From the human T2T-CHM13v2.0 reference genome, Homo sapiens, in NCBI RefSeq assembly GCF_009914755.1, contig NC_060926.1: a stretch of 64,000 bases of DNA; one strand, written 5' to 3'. Each line of letters starts with the position of its first letter. Within the stretch, counting starts at the first letter, position 1. The notes beneath the pieces were generated by a model that was given only the letters and a program-made list of their open reading frames with translations, was not told where the DNA came from and searched no databases. A program made the translations under genes and the position numbers. Shown here piece by piece: positions 41,286 to 54,100 of this stretch.

Positions 41286-43074
41286 TTAGAGTGCTCTTTT
41301 CTTCCTCTAACCTATTAATTAAACCTAACCTTATCAAAAATTCAGTTCAAACTCTTCAGTTTTACAACTTCTGCCAACTATGCAAGTTGTTATCCTGGAT
41401 TCTCTTTTTGTATCTCCAAATATCATTGGCAAAAACTTAGCATTTCTTTTCAGGGTTATTTTAAAACAGCATTTCCAACTTTAAGTTGCCTGTTATTGTT
41501 AATCAGATATGGAAATTGGAGCTCCTAGTCATATTCATATTTCCTTTACCTGCCTGGAAACCTGGATTGGGTTAAAAAATTCTAAGGCCTTGAGAAACTT
41601 TAATAATCTCTCATATAATTAACAAGATTAACAAAATTTCAGAAAGAACAAATTTTCAATCAGGCTCATGGTATGTGAGGTTAACTCAAACTTTTCAAAT
41701 TATGTAGAAAAACCTCCTCTTGGGTACAAATTTCCTAGGTTATCCCTTTAACCAGCTTTCTCCAGGAATAACTTTATTTTTCAGGAAAAATTTAGAAAGG
41801 TGAGACAAATCTATACATTCTATAGTTTATTAACTAATGTGTGACTCTATTAGGCTCCTCGTATAATCAGTTCAGAAGGAGAAATATTTGTTTTGGTATG
41901 TTGCTGTGATAATCTCTTTATACTTTACCCTTTTATCAAATAATACATATGACATATGTTGCTATATCAGCTTTAGAATTTCGCTATGCCTTGTAATTAC
42001 AATTTTATGGAGAAAATTGTAGATTCACATGCAGTTCTAAGAAATGATACAGAAAGATCTCTTGTATGCTCTGCCCGGTATCTTCCAGTAGTAACATTTT
42101 GCAAAATTATATTATCATAACCAAGATATTCACATTGGTAGACGCCATCAATTTTAGTCACATTTTCCCAGTTTGCTCGATTCATTGTGTGTACGTGTAT
42201 GTATTAAGTATACACAGCCATTCCCATTCTTTTATGAATACATATTTTAAAGTGTTCTCTATTCTAATTATAATCATTGTATTGATGACTTTCTCTAAAT
42301 TTAATCATTCTCTTTTGATAGAACTGGTTTGACTTTCAAAATTATAGTGACAAAAAATTTAGAAATGTATATCAAAGACAGAAAGGGTGTCTTTGGTGGA
42401 TCTGGGGGCCAGTACAACCATTTTAATTAGAACTTATAAACTAGATTACATTTTCTGGGAAACCCAAAAGTACTGCTGATGACTTCCAGTTAATATCAAC
42501 AATACTCAAAAAATCATTTGTGAATAAATTGGTAGAAGTGAAAGCATTTTTTTAGGCTATCAGTGGTTTCAGATCAAAAGGTGCTGTCTAGATAGATTAC
42601 TCAGCAAAGTATTCCATCTTGCTATTCCTCCCTCCCCTAATCTAACATCGCACTGACATTATATTCACAATTCACTACAGATCATGTTACCATTATTTGT
42701 TAAAACTTCCCCCTCGAATTCTATGCAATTTGACTACAGATCAATTCCCTAAGCTAAAAAACTTGCTGCAGGCACTGAGAAGTCATTAGTCAAATATTAT
42801 TTTTCATCTTTCTAAGGGACATGTGAAACTGAACTATTCTTGTTACTGGCTTCAGGCTTTCATGGACAGACTGCTCAGCAGGCTCACTATTACCCTGGTC
42901 AGATGCCGAAGTAGAAATAGGATTTTATGGGCTGTAATAGAATCACTGTGACATTAACACTTTTGGTGATTTAAAGGCAGAGACCAGAAAGACACTATTT
43001 TATTACCCCAGATTTTTAACCCAAAGTTTAGTTATTCTCTTGAAGAATTAATACCAGGGCTGGTTATACTATTT

Positions 43075-43272
43075 TCCAGGGGCTGGTTGCCTGTTTCTTT
43101 TTAATAAAATTTGATTCGGATACAGCCATTCCCATTCTTTTATGAATTGTCTATGGCTTTCTTCACACCTCAGTGACAGAGTGGAGTTGTTTTTACAGAG
43201 TCTATACTGGCAGCAAAGCCTAACGTATTTACTATTTGGCCTTTTAAGAAAAAGTTCGCTAACTTCTGGTCT
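43075..43272. mobile_element. MER58-type hAT DNA transposon fossil
   Basis: gcaaagcctaacgtatttactatttggccttttaagaaaaagttcgctaacttctg terminal motif. Confidence 0.75.
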
Positions 43273-43277
43273 ATAAC

Positions 43278-43472
43278 AGTATTGTTCTAGAACTTTTTGG
43301 TAATAATGGAATTGTTGTCATTCTGGGCTGCCCAAAAAGGTGGCTATTAACTGTTGCTCTTGAACACTAAAATGTGACTAGTGCAAGTGAGGAAAATGGA
43401 TTTTAAATTTTATTTTTAATTAATTAAAGTTTAAATAGCCACATGTGGCTAGTGTCTACTGGAGAGCACAAG
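43278..43472. mobile_element. MER3-type DNA transposon fossil
   Basis: tagaactttttggtaataatggaa...tagccacatgtggctagtg. Confidence 0.65.
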
Positions 43473-45190
43473 ACTTAGACCTTTAGAATGTTGTCATTTT
43501 CCAGTTTTTGCACCCTTTCCTTCAATCCTGTGATAGATTCCAATAGAGCAGCCATGAACAAAATTCTTTAACCACTAAACAAGGAAACAAACTAAAGAAT
43601 GCTTTCATTTAAGAAACTATAGTTTTTCCACATAATTTAAAATGCTTACATTTGTTTTCCTGCCACAAAGAAAACAGTATACTACACCCATGTTTGCTGA
43701 ACTTCTGTGTCTAAAATCTATTTCACAGATGGAATAAAAGGTTTAATGCTCAACGTTAAATCATTGAGTCCTTGCAAGGGTTTTTAAGTCTTCCATTGCT
43801 TGATCCTACAATAGTTTTGTCACAACAATTGTAAATTAGCTATTTGAGAGGACTGGGATGCAGTAGGTGACAATGTAGCAGCATCACTAGTTAAAATGCA
43901 TTAAAAATCAAACAAATTATGGTAGAATCACCAACTGTTTTCAATGAGAAAAAAGTCCTTCATAGTATAATTTCAAATAATCTTGAGTTATGGGTCACCA
44001 TATCATCTAATCTGTCTACATGAGGCCATCAACCATGATACAGATGCATGTGAGTCTGTACTACAGTAAATATCCCTTTTTCTCAATTTATGTTCAAATA
44101 TGAACTATTTCAGATGCAGAAATAGACTTGAAGAATGTGGAATCCTTTAGGTAGAGAACTGAGTATTTGAATAGGTTCTTATTAATCACCTATAATTATA
44201 ATTATTTATATTTTCATATCTAATATATGTAATATAGACATACTACTTATGACCAATATTCTAATTTATACAATATTTTGAAGCTAATTTTTTCTCCTCC
44301 TTCCATCTATAGGTTTATTTGTGTCTCAGTTCACTTAGATATGTGACTCTTTCACTCCATAAAACATTCCTCCCTGCACTTGCTAATGAAAACATCAAGC
44401 TCCTGTGGAGTATGGGATCTGTTGGATCCAAAGACCCAAAGGTGAAAAGGTTGACTTTTTAGGGAAACTATTCAGATTCTCTTGAATCTTAAGAGTTTGG
44501 AGTCTCCTAGCTAGTAATTGTTTTTATAAAATAAATTTGTAATCAACTTAAACTAATGTCAGATTTTGCTCCTATCACTAATTCTTTGAGTCATTGAGAA
44601 AGTCCTGTCACCTCTCTGGAGTCTGTCTTGCATATCTCAGGGAGGGGTTAAACCAGGAGACATTTAATGTTCCTTCTACAGTTCTATGATAAATTAATCC
44701 TTCTTCTTTGTTTCTGAATTCATTTTTGTTCTACAACTCACTATGTTATCCATTGAAATGATATAGGTTTAGTAATTGGGCAGTTTTGTAATCAATTTTG
44801 TTTTTCAAATTGACAATTCAGACTTGTCAAATCTCTCTTTAAGGATTATATTAGCAATTTAGCCATCTAAAATCTACATCTTTTTGGGATATATATATAT
44901 ATGTATGGTATTATCTATTGTATCAAATTGGTTTTATTTAGATATCAGCAAATATAAGGGCCTATTTGTGGTGCTTATCTTTTGTTTGTTAAACCTTTGA
45001 TTACTGAGTATCAGCAAGGGTTTCAGATTGAGCTAATTTATATTTAGAGTGATCGAGAGCAATTTATATTCAGAATGGCAACACCAGTGGGGATAATTAG
45101 GAAGAGCTAAACTCATCCCAAGGGAGTTGGTTTTCACACATGCCATCTTTATGAGTGTGCACATTTAAGAACCATAGCTTTTAAACTTAC

Positions 45191-45218
45191 CATCCTGCTG
45201 TTCCTTAGAGAACTCGAT
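45191..45218 (-). CDS. MYL1: MYL1 exon 4 (MLC1f-specific 28-nt microexon, IEFSKEQQD+G)
   Basis: TTTCTAACAG|ATCGAGTTCTCTAAGGAACAGCAGGATG|GTAAGT. Confidence 0.96.
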
Positions 45219-45470
45219 CTGTTAGAAAGAAATTGACCACAAAGAATGTTTTAACCAAACAAAAATGTGCTGATTTTTAGTTGTATCCAGCTCATTCCCT
45301 GAGTAATCTTCAAAGTAAGCTCCAAAAGTCAGCCTACTTTTCAGAGTTCAGGCGTAGCTTGGACACTAACAGGTTAAGCCATAGTGTAACATGCCTTGAA
45401 GATAAGTAATATTGCAGAAACTAGGCAGTGCTGTGCCTACATCTGTAGCAGACAAACTCAATTCACTTAC

Positions 45471-45495
45471 CAGCAATCTGGTCAGCACTGAAGGA
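45471..45495 (-). CDS. MYL1: MYL1 exon 3 (MLC3f-specific 25-nt microexon, SFSADQIA+G)
   Basis: Pyrimidine tract ...CTGCAG|TCCTTCAGTGCTGACCAGATTGCTG|GTAAGT. Confidence 0.96.
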
Positions 45496-46244
45496 CTGCA
45501 GTGGCGAAGAAGAGAAAGAAAGAAAAAAAACTAGTACTCTTTCAAATGCATTGACAGAAGAATGAGTGCTGGTTGCTCTGAGATTTTTAGGAAGCTATGT
45601 AGGTGTCTTGGCATTAGAAGGTTGCCTTAGGATACTTTTGAATCTAGGAACATAAAAAGCTATTGCAAAAGATAATTAGGGAATATCTTTCTGCATCTTA
45701 ATGATTTAACTAAATGCTACATTTAATACTTCCTAGAAAAATAATCTATAGTATATTTAAGATATGTCTAATAAGATACACGGTGTTAAAGTACAGATAT
45801 ACACATTAAAAAGACTACCTTAAGTCTGTCTTCTATTTAACCAGTGCTTAAAAAAATAGTACACAAAACCCAATGCATCAAAAGCAGTTTACTTAGTTTT
45901 AGCTATCAGCATCACTGGATTGTATTTTAATGTATAATATTTTGCTGTAGCTACAGGTTTTTTTCTTCTAAATTTAGATATAATGAATCTTATGTGATAC
46001 AGCAAGAGTTGGTGAAGCATAAAGCACAGCTCTTGGAAGATGTATTTTTCCAGCTGATAAACAGCTCTAATTATTTTCTCCTATCTTTAATGGATCTCAA
46101 CAAAACCCAAAAGTAGATACTAAAGACTCATATTGAATATGTTCTCTCCTCAGTTCCATTTTTGCCTATCTTTCTTCTCAATAAGATCATATCCTCTATC
46201 TATTTTCTCCTATAAATGACAAATTATTGTCTCATAGGACCCAC

Positions 46245-46247
46245 CAT
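46245..46247 (-). CDS. MYL1: MYL1 exon 2 coding part: the MLC3f start ATG only (exon ~46245-46320)
   Basis: Minus strand reads CCGCTCCATC ATG|GTGGGT, with a TATA-like AATAAAA ~100 nt upstream. Confidence 0.93.
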
Positions 46248-46319
46248 GATGGAGCGGCTGGGCTGCAACACAGCAGGGAAGCTGAAGAGTGAGTTGAGGG
46301 CTGCTCCGGTCCCTGAGTG

Positions 46320-46480
46320 GGGTCATCCCTGGCTGAGGCTTCCTTTTATTTCTGGGCAAGCTTTGACCTCACAGCTAGCATCAGGTTTCAGAGATAAGTT
46401 GCCACACCCCTTGGAGAGTTCTTTAGCTTTCTTAGGGCAAAGGGAAAGATGGATCTGTACCCTGAGAGCTATTTTTAGAT
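46320..46480 (-). promoter_or_regulatory. MLC3f promoter
   Basis: TATA-like AATAAAA 46344-46350, MEF3/Six motif TCAGGTTTC 46381-46389, GATA AGATAA 46392-46397, perfect MEF2 site CTATTTTTAG 46469-46478. Confidence 0.85.
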
Positions 46481-47240
46481 GACCAGAACCTTGGAGTAGA
46501 CAGCCATAGTGAGATGGAAGCCTGCCGGTACTTTTATGGTCTTTATTTCCAAGATGTTCTCTTGGAGCATCTTCCTTTAAGAAGCTTCCTATTTGTTTGA
46601 TGGCAGAAGAGCTTAGAATTTCTTTAAGGTCTTGGGCCAGACCCTTCTCTTGATGACAGTGGACTTTACAAACTTCTAGTCAGCAAGTTTTGGTATTAAT
46701 GCAAGTTTTTGGATGGGACTGGTTTGGGGTTTCAAATGGCAACTGCTATAGCAGGAGCATCCTCTGAAGTGTACTGTCCTTTATGGTAAAGTTCAGAGGA
46801 CTTGAAAAGGCCATGCACATTCTGCATGTTTCTTAGAGCGCACCCAAGTGACAATCTGGTCAGGTCTTTCAATCTCCAATTAAAGATCACTCTTTTGCAA
46901 GCATAATCTAAGCCAGGAATAGTTTTGATCTCCGCTTTTCATCATTCTCCTTTAGTCTCCTTACGTTAGGTCTGGTTATTTTCTTCCCTCCTTGTTATCT
47001 TTATAATGGCTGAGTAGTCATTTTTTTTATTTTCAGAAGTTTTTCTAGGCAGGAAAGCTGATAGATCATTTTTACATTCTTTTACTCTCATCCTATACAT
47101 TTTTTTTAACTACACATAAGTTCTTACTAGATCATGCTGTTTCTATTTCTACTTCTGCCTTGGCAAACACTCTATGGCTCAGTCCCTAGACCAAGAAGCC
47201 AAAAGAATGCATGGCAGAGCTTGTGGAATACAAAATTGTA

Positions 47241-47538
47241 CTTTATTTTATTTTATTATTTTTGAGACAGAGTCTTGCTCTGTCACCCTGGCTGGAGTGC
47301 AATGGCACAATCACAGCTCACTGCAGCCTTGAACTCCTGGGCTCAAGTGATCTTCCCACCCCAGACTCCTGAGTAGGTAGGACTGCAGGCATGTGCCACT
47401 GCACCTGACTAATTTTTATTTTGACTTTTTGTAGATACAGGGTCTCGTTATGTTGCCCAGGCTAGTTTGGACTCTTGGCCTCAAGCCATCATCCTGCCCA
47501 TTGTTGAGATTACAGGCATGAGTCACCTTGTCCAACCA
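47241..47538 (-). mobile_element. Alu (AluJ-like)
   Basis: Diverged dimeric Alu; flanks AAAATTGTACTTT / AAAACTGTATTTT. Confidence 0.9.
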
Positions 47539-48480
47539 AAACTGTATTTTAGAATTTTAAAGGTATCTAGGGGATTGGCCAGCAATGGGTTTTCATGGTA
47601 GCTTACCTGAAAATAGCGGGCAACTCCCTTCTGGAAATGGTACTGGGAAAAGTGGTACAGGAAAAGATCCTCCTAGGATGTCCACTAAAGTTCACACAAA
47701 ATATTTATCAGTTTTCTACATGTTTAAAGCAGCTCACAGGCATAATGTATATTGGAGATTAATTGTAACTTGAGTACTGCTTCAGCAACTGTTTTTAGGG
47801 GGATGGTCACAAAAAACATGAAGTCTTCCCTTCTAGAAAGACATATACTTTGTAACTTCTCCTGAAACCATTTCAGAAGAAATCAGCATTTAATATGCAT
47901 ATCACTTTTGGCTCTAAGTTTATAAGTAGGAAAAAATATCTCATAGAATCTTGAGTTCCAAAATGAAGATTGAAAATACAATTTTAAAATTATTAGTACA
48001 CAGGTAAACATTTTCGTAAATAGCTTGACATTTTGAAAGGTTATTGGGAAATGAAATTTAATAGAAAAATAAAAAATGCTTTGAATCATTGGGGGAAATG
48101 GAAGGGAAAGACAAAGGTGGAAATGTGTAACTTTGAATATTACAAGATTTGGAATCTTATAATTTTTGACATAAATGAAAGCATCAGAGCCTACCATGTT
48201 ATCTTTGTGTTCTTTTTTAGTTTTGTAATTATATTTATGTAATTATGTTATTAAATTTGAATCATCTTATGATTATTGAGAACTAGCATATATCATTAGT
48301 TGAGCTAATAACTATAAATAATACAAAATTAACCATCAAAATTGCCCTACTAAACATAATTATTTTCATATTTAATAATTTTTTTCAGGTAAAAAAGTGT
48401 CCTTGCCTAGATATAAAATATGGTTAATTTATGTAAAATCTATTGAGTAAACTGGAAAGTAAGTTTAAAAGTTGTATTTA

Positions 48481-49100
<620 letters not shown>

Positions 49101-49423
49101 GTTGAATTTATGTTATGAATAAGCTATTTCTAATGACTTGGATACTATAAAGTTTGTTATTATTATAATAGAAGCAGTTAAGTGGTATGCAGTTGTTAAC
49201 TGTTTCACCCTAGTCTTTCTCCATACCTTTATCACATAGAGAATGCATTTAGATTTTTTTGGTACTTACTGAGAATCAACATAAATATTTGAGCACTTTA
49301 TGTGACAACAGTAGGGAAGGCTACAGTATAGTCTAGAGAAAAAACTGTAGTTTAAAAACTAGAAGACCTAGATTCTGTGCTCATAGAATAAATGGGAAAT
49401 CCAATTTTTTTCCTCTGGCACAC

Positions 49424-49535
49424 TTTTTTTTTTTTTTGAGATGGAGTTTCGCTCTTGTTGCCCAGGCTGGAGTAAAATGGCGTGATCTCGGCTCACTGCA
49501 ACCTCTGCCTCCCAGGTTCAAGCGATTCTTCTGTC
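49424..49535 (-). mobile_element. 5'-truncated Alu right-arm fragment
   Basis: poly-T + gagatggagtttcgctcttgttgcccaggctgg. Confidence 0.9.
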
Positions 49536-50530
49536 TGGCTTACTTTTATAAATGACAAAACTTATCTTCTCTCTCTTCCTTGGGGTTATCATGATGGGGT
49601 AATCAGTCCTTTGAACAAAGGTAAATTAATTGTATAATATGAATACACAATGTCAGCTGGTTTTGGCTTCAGTTCTCTATGTCATCAATTAGTTTTAAAG
49701 ATCAGATTTACCTTTCTTCTCTCTGGAATGCTCTCCTCTCATTGCTTCTTTTTAGAAATTAAATATGCAACAAGCCCTGATAACATTTGTTTCCCTTGAA
49801 AGAAACGTTTTCTCTCTGTTTCCCCCAGTATTCAACATCACCCAGCTCTTCATCCCACTGAAAATTTTTTAACCTTCCTGATTGTAAACTGGGAAGCGTA
49901 GGCCATTCCCGAAGTCATTTGTTCCTGATGTGGACCTGGATGTGAGCCTACCCCAACCTGTCTCCGATAGAGCACTTCCCTTGCCTTATTCTTACGGTTT
50001 ATCCCTCTGTAACTCTCTATAGAATACCTTGCCTATATTTGAAGCTCAATAGATTTTCATTAAGTTAAAATTATTAGAACATGTATATCCTAAGCTCCCC
50101 CTTCAAATATAAACTTCTCCTCTAGAATGTTGTGTACCCTGAGGGAAAAGACTTCACCTGCTCAAAGTTAGCATGTTCATTTTGAATTATTGTTTATGTA
50201 CCTTTATATTTGTAGCACCTTCCTTTAGATTTTATATCAATGTTTTTGACCTGGACTTCTAATTTTCCAATCCCCAATTTGTTCTTTTTAAGGCTCTTTT
50301 ATATTCTAGCCTACATATTTGCTTAGACTCTTAGTAAACTAGTTACATTCCACGTTTTTATGATTCGTGCTATCAATTGATGTCGGATTTAGGTAACAGT
50401 AGTCTACAACATACTGCTACTAAAAATTTTTTATTACAATGTTTACAAATTCTTTTTTACTTTGAGAAGCATCTTTCTAATAGTAATAATGAGATTAAAT
50501 TAACTAATTAAACATCAGATAATGTATATA

Positions 50531-50584
50531 TTAGGTTGGTGCAAAAGTAATTGCGGCTTTGCCATTACTTTTGTACCAACCTAA
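50531..50584. mobile_element. MADE1 (Hsmar1-derived mariner MITE), internally deleted
   Basis: TTAGGTTGGTGCAAAAGTAATTGCGG ... ATTACTTTTGTACCAACCTAA inverted termini, preceded by TA. Confidence 0.9.
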
Positions 50585-51099
50585 CAAAGAATTGAGTTAT
50601 AGAAAAAATATTAAAACGCTGTTAATCAAACAGGCTCTGGAACTGATGTAGGTTAAGCCTTAGTAAAAGAAGAAGAGCTATAATTAAAGATAATTGGGGA
50701 GACATGTAATGTCGAATACTGGGGGAAAATGCCCTGGGAAGGAACATGGACTACATTCTTCAAAGAACTTGATGGTCCTTGCAACATACAATGGGGATTA
50801 ATGACTAGAAAGGCTAAATAAAGAAGCTAATATAATCAGGGCCAGTTTTCAATCAAAGAAAACACTGCTGTGTGCTCTCTGATTTAACGCCTGGCAGAGA
50901 GACCAAAGACCTGGATGTATATAAATCCTTAAACTTTACCTAATTTTCACTCCAATCTCACAGAGTTTCTAGGAACCACCATAAAAGGCCAGGAAAAGCA
51001 CTATTTTGGAAGTCTTAGGAGTTCTGTGCTTCAGAATAACTCAAGTCGAAGGAAATAAATATTTTTGCATTTTTGACTTCAACATAGGATATACTTAGG

Positions 51100-51102
<3 letters not shown>

Positions 51103-51151
<49 letters not shown>
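51103..51151. repeat. (TA)n microsatellite, ~24 units
   Basis: Direct reading. Confidence 0.95.
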
Positions 51152-51154
<3 letters not shown>

Positions 51155-54100
51155 TAGTCACTATAATATGGTATAAACAGGGGAAATTAAGAGTATTGAG
51201 AATATGGTACCAGCCCAGTTTCTGCAATATAAGAGAGATTAGGTGGTTAGATTGCATAAATTGATCTGGTCTGAGATAAAATCCTTAATTTTGTGCTATG
51301 AAGTCCTAGATCAGTCAACTGAATTCAGTCACATAAGAGCAAAAACTCAACTATTAAAACAAAACAATTCAGACCTACAGGAACTAAGAGAGGTCTAAGT
51401 GAATTTTAATAAAAATCTAGAAGCACAACCTGTTATACTTTTTCAGTTTTCTCATTAGCTTTCTCATGATTAATAATTGGTAAAGAAATTTAAAGTTTCT
51501 TGAGAGCTGGCCATACTTTTGTCTCCTTTGTGCATTTGTTTGCATGTAATTTCTTAAAAACCTACGTTGTGTTTTTGTTCATTCTTTTATTTTAAAAAAT
51601 TCTTTGTGTGTGTGTTTTAAGACATAAATATCTGCTTCTTCCTATTTGTCTGGAATAAAAGTTCCTTTTGTGACCGCAGGGATAAGAATATTGGCATTGC
51701 TGTCCTGGAGACTTCAAGAACTTGTGGAAAGAGAGCCAGATTGGGAATTTTGTTTTAGCTTTCTTATCATAAATCATGTGTCTTTTGATGAAATAACTTC
51801 TCTCATCTAGGCTATAGTTTCTTCAGTAGAAAATATTCTACTGCACGATTTCTAGGATTCCTTATGTTTCTACAATGTTGTGAGTTTTCTATCCTTTTGT
51901 CAGTAGAATCTACTTCAACTCACTCATTTTAATGGGAAAGGAAGGATGCCTAAAAATTCAAAGGTAATATTAGTCTGAAGTAATTTAGATAAACAGGAAT
52001 TGAACAAAACATAACTTCATAACACCATGTTCAAGCCAGTTGGATTTTTTTATAAACAGGAGACATATGCCACGGGGCATTTACTAGGTACTTTATCACA
52101 GTGAAAGGAAGAGTATAAAGTTGATAAGATGTAGTTATATCTTTAGGGATACTTTTCTTCTCTGGCTTCACTTCACTGTTATTAATTTGTGACCAGAATA
52201 GCCAGAATTTATCATCCATATAATATACCTTTTAACTAGTATAATTGAAGCCATTTCTACTTTTATATTGTAATTTTTGCCCTTCAAATTCTGCTTTGAG
52301 GTAAGAAACAAGCTGTAGAAGTTGATATAGAAACAAATCACAGAAGATCTTGTTTTTATATGAAAAGTATTTCAGTCTGAAGAGCAGCAGAAGAAAGTGT
52401 AGTATCAGCAGACTAAATATAATCCTTTCCACCATGAGTCAGATGGTGCTTAATACTAGGTAATTATGGAATGAGTTCTAAAAACAACTTGCCAGGGGTT
52501 CATTTGCAGCACTAAAATGCCGAGAGCTAAATTTGGCACAGTCACTTTATGGTCTCTTTGTCTTGCAAATATTTAGTTTTACTTAAAAGTGTTATTCACT
52601 ATTAATTGGTGAACATATCTCTTCTTTTCAAAGCTGCATTTTCCTTTCAAAGACATTATCCATCAAAATATAATTCTAGAGAAAATTACAAAATGCCCTT
52701 TAATATTTTCCCACTTCTCTCCACCTGTTCTCTTCTGTTACAGCATAGACAGACATTTGAAAGAGGAAATGTGATACTGATACCTAGTGATAGTGTCAAG
52801 TAATTTCTGATTTGCTCCTGAGGTTATATTTACACTGCAAATGGATTAATATTGCAATTGGCTAACATTACAGTTGTATTAAAAATTAATTTGAACTATT
52901 AAAAGGCCAGAGTAAAAGAAAACAAACTTTTAAGATTATGTAAAGAAAAGTTAGAAACAACCTATACATATTTTTACCTGTGTTTTTCGAATTAGAAATT
53001 GATTACATGTGTTCTTTTACTCAGAGTAGTTAGGGTTAAGGTTTTATCATATTGTACATGTGGCATTGTATTTCTGCATACCATCCCAAAGAATATAGGT
53101 TGGGATTTCCAGTTTAAATAATGCTGTTTATTTGTAAACAAAATAGAGATCTCATACCCTCCTTAGAATATTAGCCTGATAGCAAAAATTGAAGGTCATA
53201 TTTGATGTATGTGTGTTTAATTAAACAAAACCAAAATTACTAAAAAAATTCAGTTTCATTATATCTAATAGCATTTGAAAAATATCCATTTTCCATTTAC
53301 AACATCTTATAGGAAGATGGAACAAAATGGGCAGGAATATTTCTAGATTCCTGATATTTCACCCTCCTTCTGCAGAACAAAACACCCAAGTTGTCAGGTG
53401 CTAAGATAGGGAAAAGCTATGGAGAACAGAATAGTAGTGAACAGTCAAGGTCAAAAGTCTTGGTGAACTTGCTCTGATGTGTCTGTCATCCCCTCTTCTG
53501 GTTACACAGGACTGTGCAGGGCAATATAAAAACCACTCTACCTCATACCCTTAAGAGTAAAAAGGGCTCCTTTACACATTCTTAGAAACAGCAACTTACT
53601 TTTTATAAATAAGGGTGGTAGTTTTGGATATGGTTAACACAGTTGACTCTGGATTTTGCTTGCTAAGTTAAACCCTAGGTCCATCACTTAACTACTTATT
53701 TGATCATATGTATAGCACTTACCCTCTTTTAAGCTCAGTTTCTTTACTTCTAAATTGTGGATACAATAACTTCAGTGTAATATTGTGAGGATTAAATAAG
53801 ATAACATGGCAAAGAGCAAATTCACAATGAATATTGGTTATTGTTACAAAAAGCTTTATAGATTTCAGAGCCTTTCGTGGAGCATGACTTCATTTGATTT
53901 TTCTCAGAAATTCTTCTAAAGGAAACTGGATTTATATTAGCTTTGTTGGAAATGAGAAAAAAGAACTTACAGATGAACAAAAGTAATCCTATACCTGGGC
54001 CAAAACAAATTGGGTGCCACAATGCGTATAAAACTATCTGCCTCCACTGAATACCCATCAGTAAGTACATGTATTTGGGAACATTAGATTTCTACCTTAC

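Noticed and set aside
46216-46482. 88-aa plus-strand ORF over exon 2 and the MLC3f promoter
   Set aside because: Expected by chance in a GC-richer promoter; no family resemblance.
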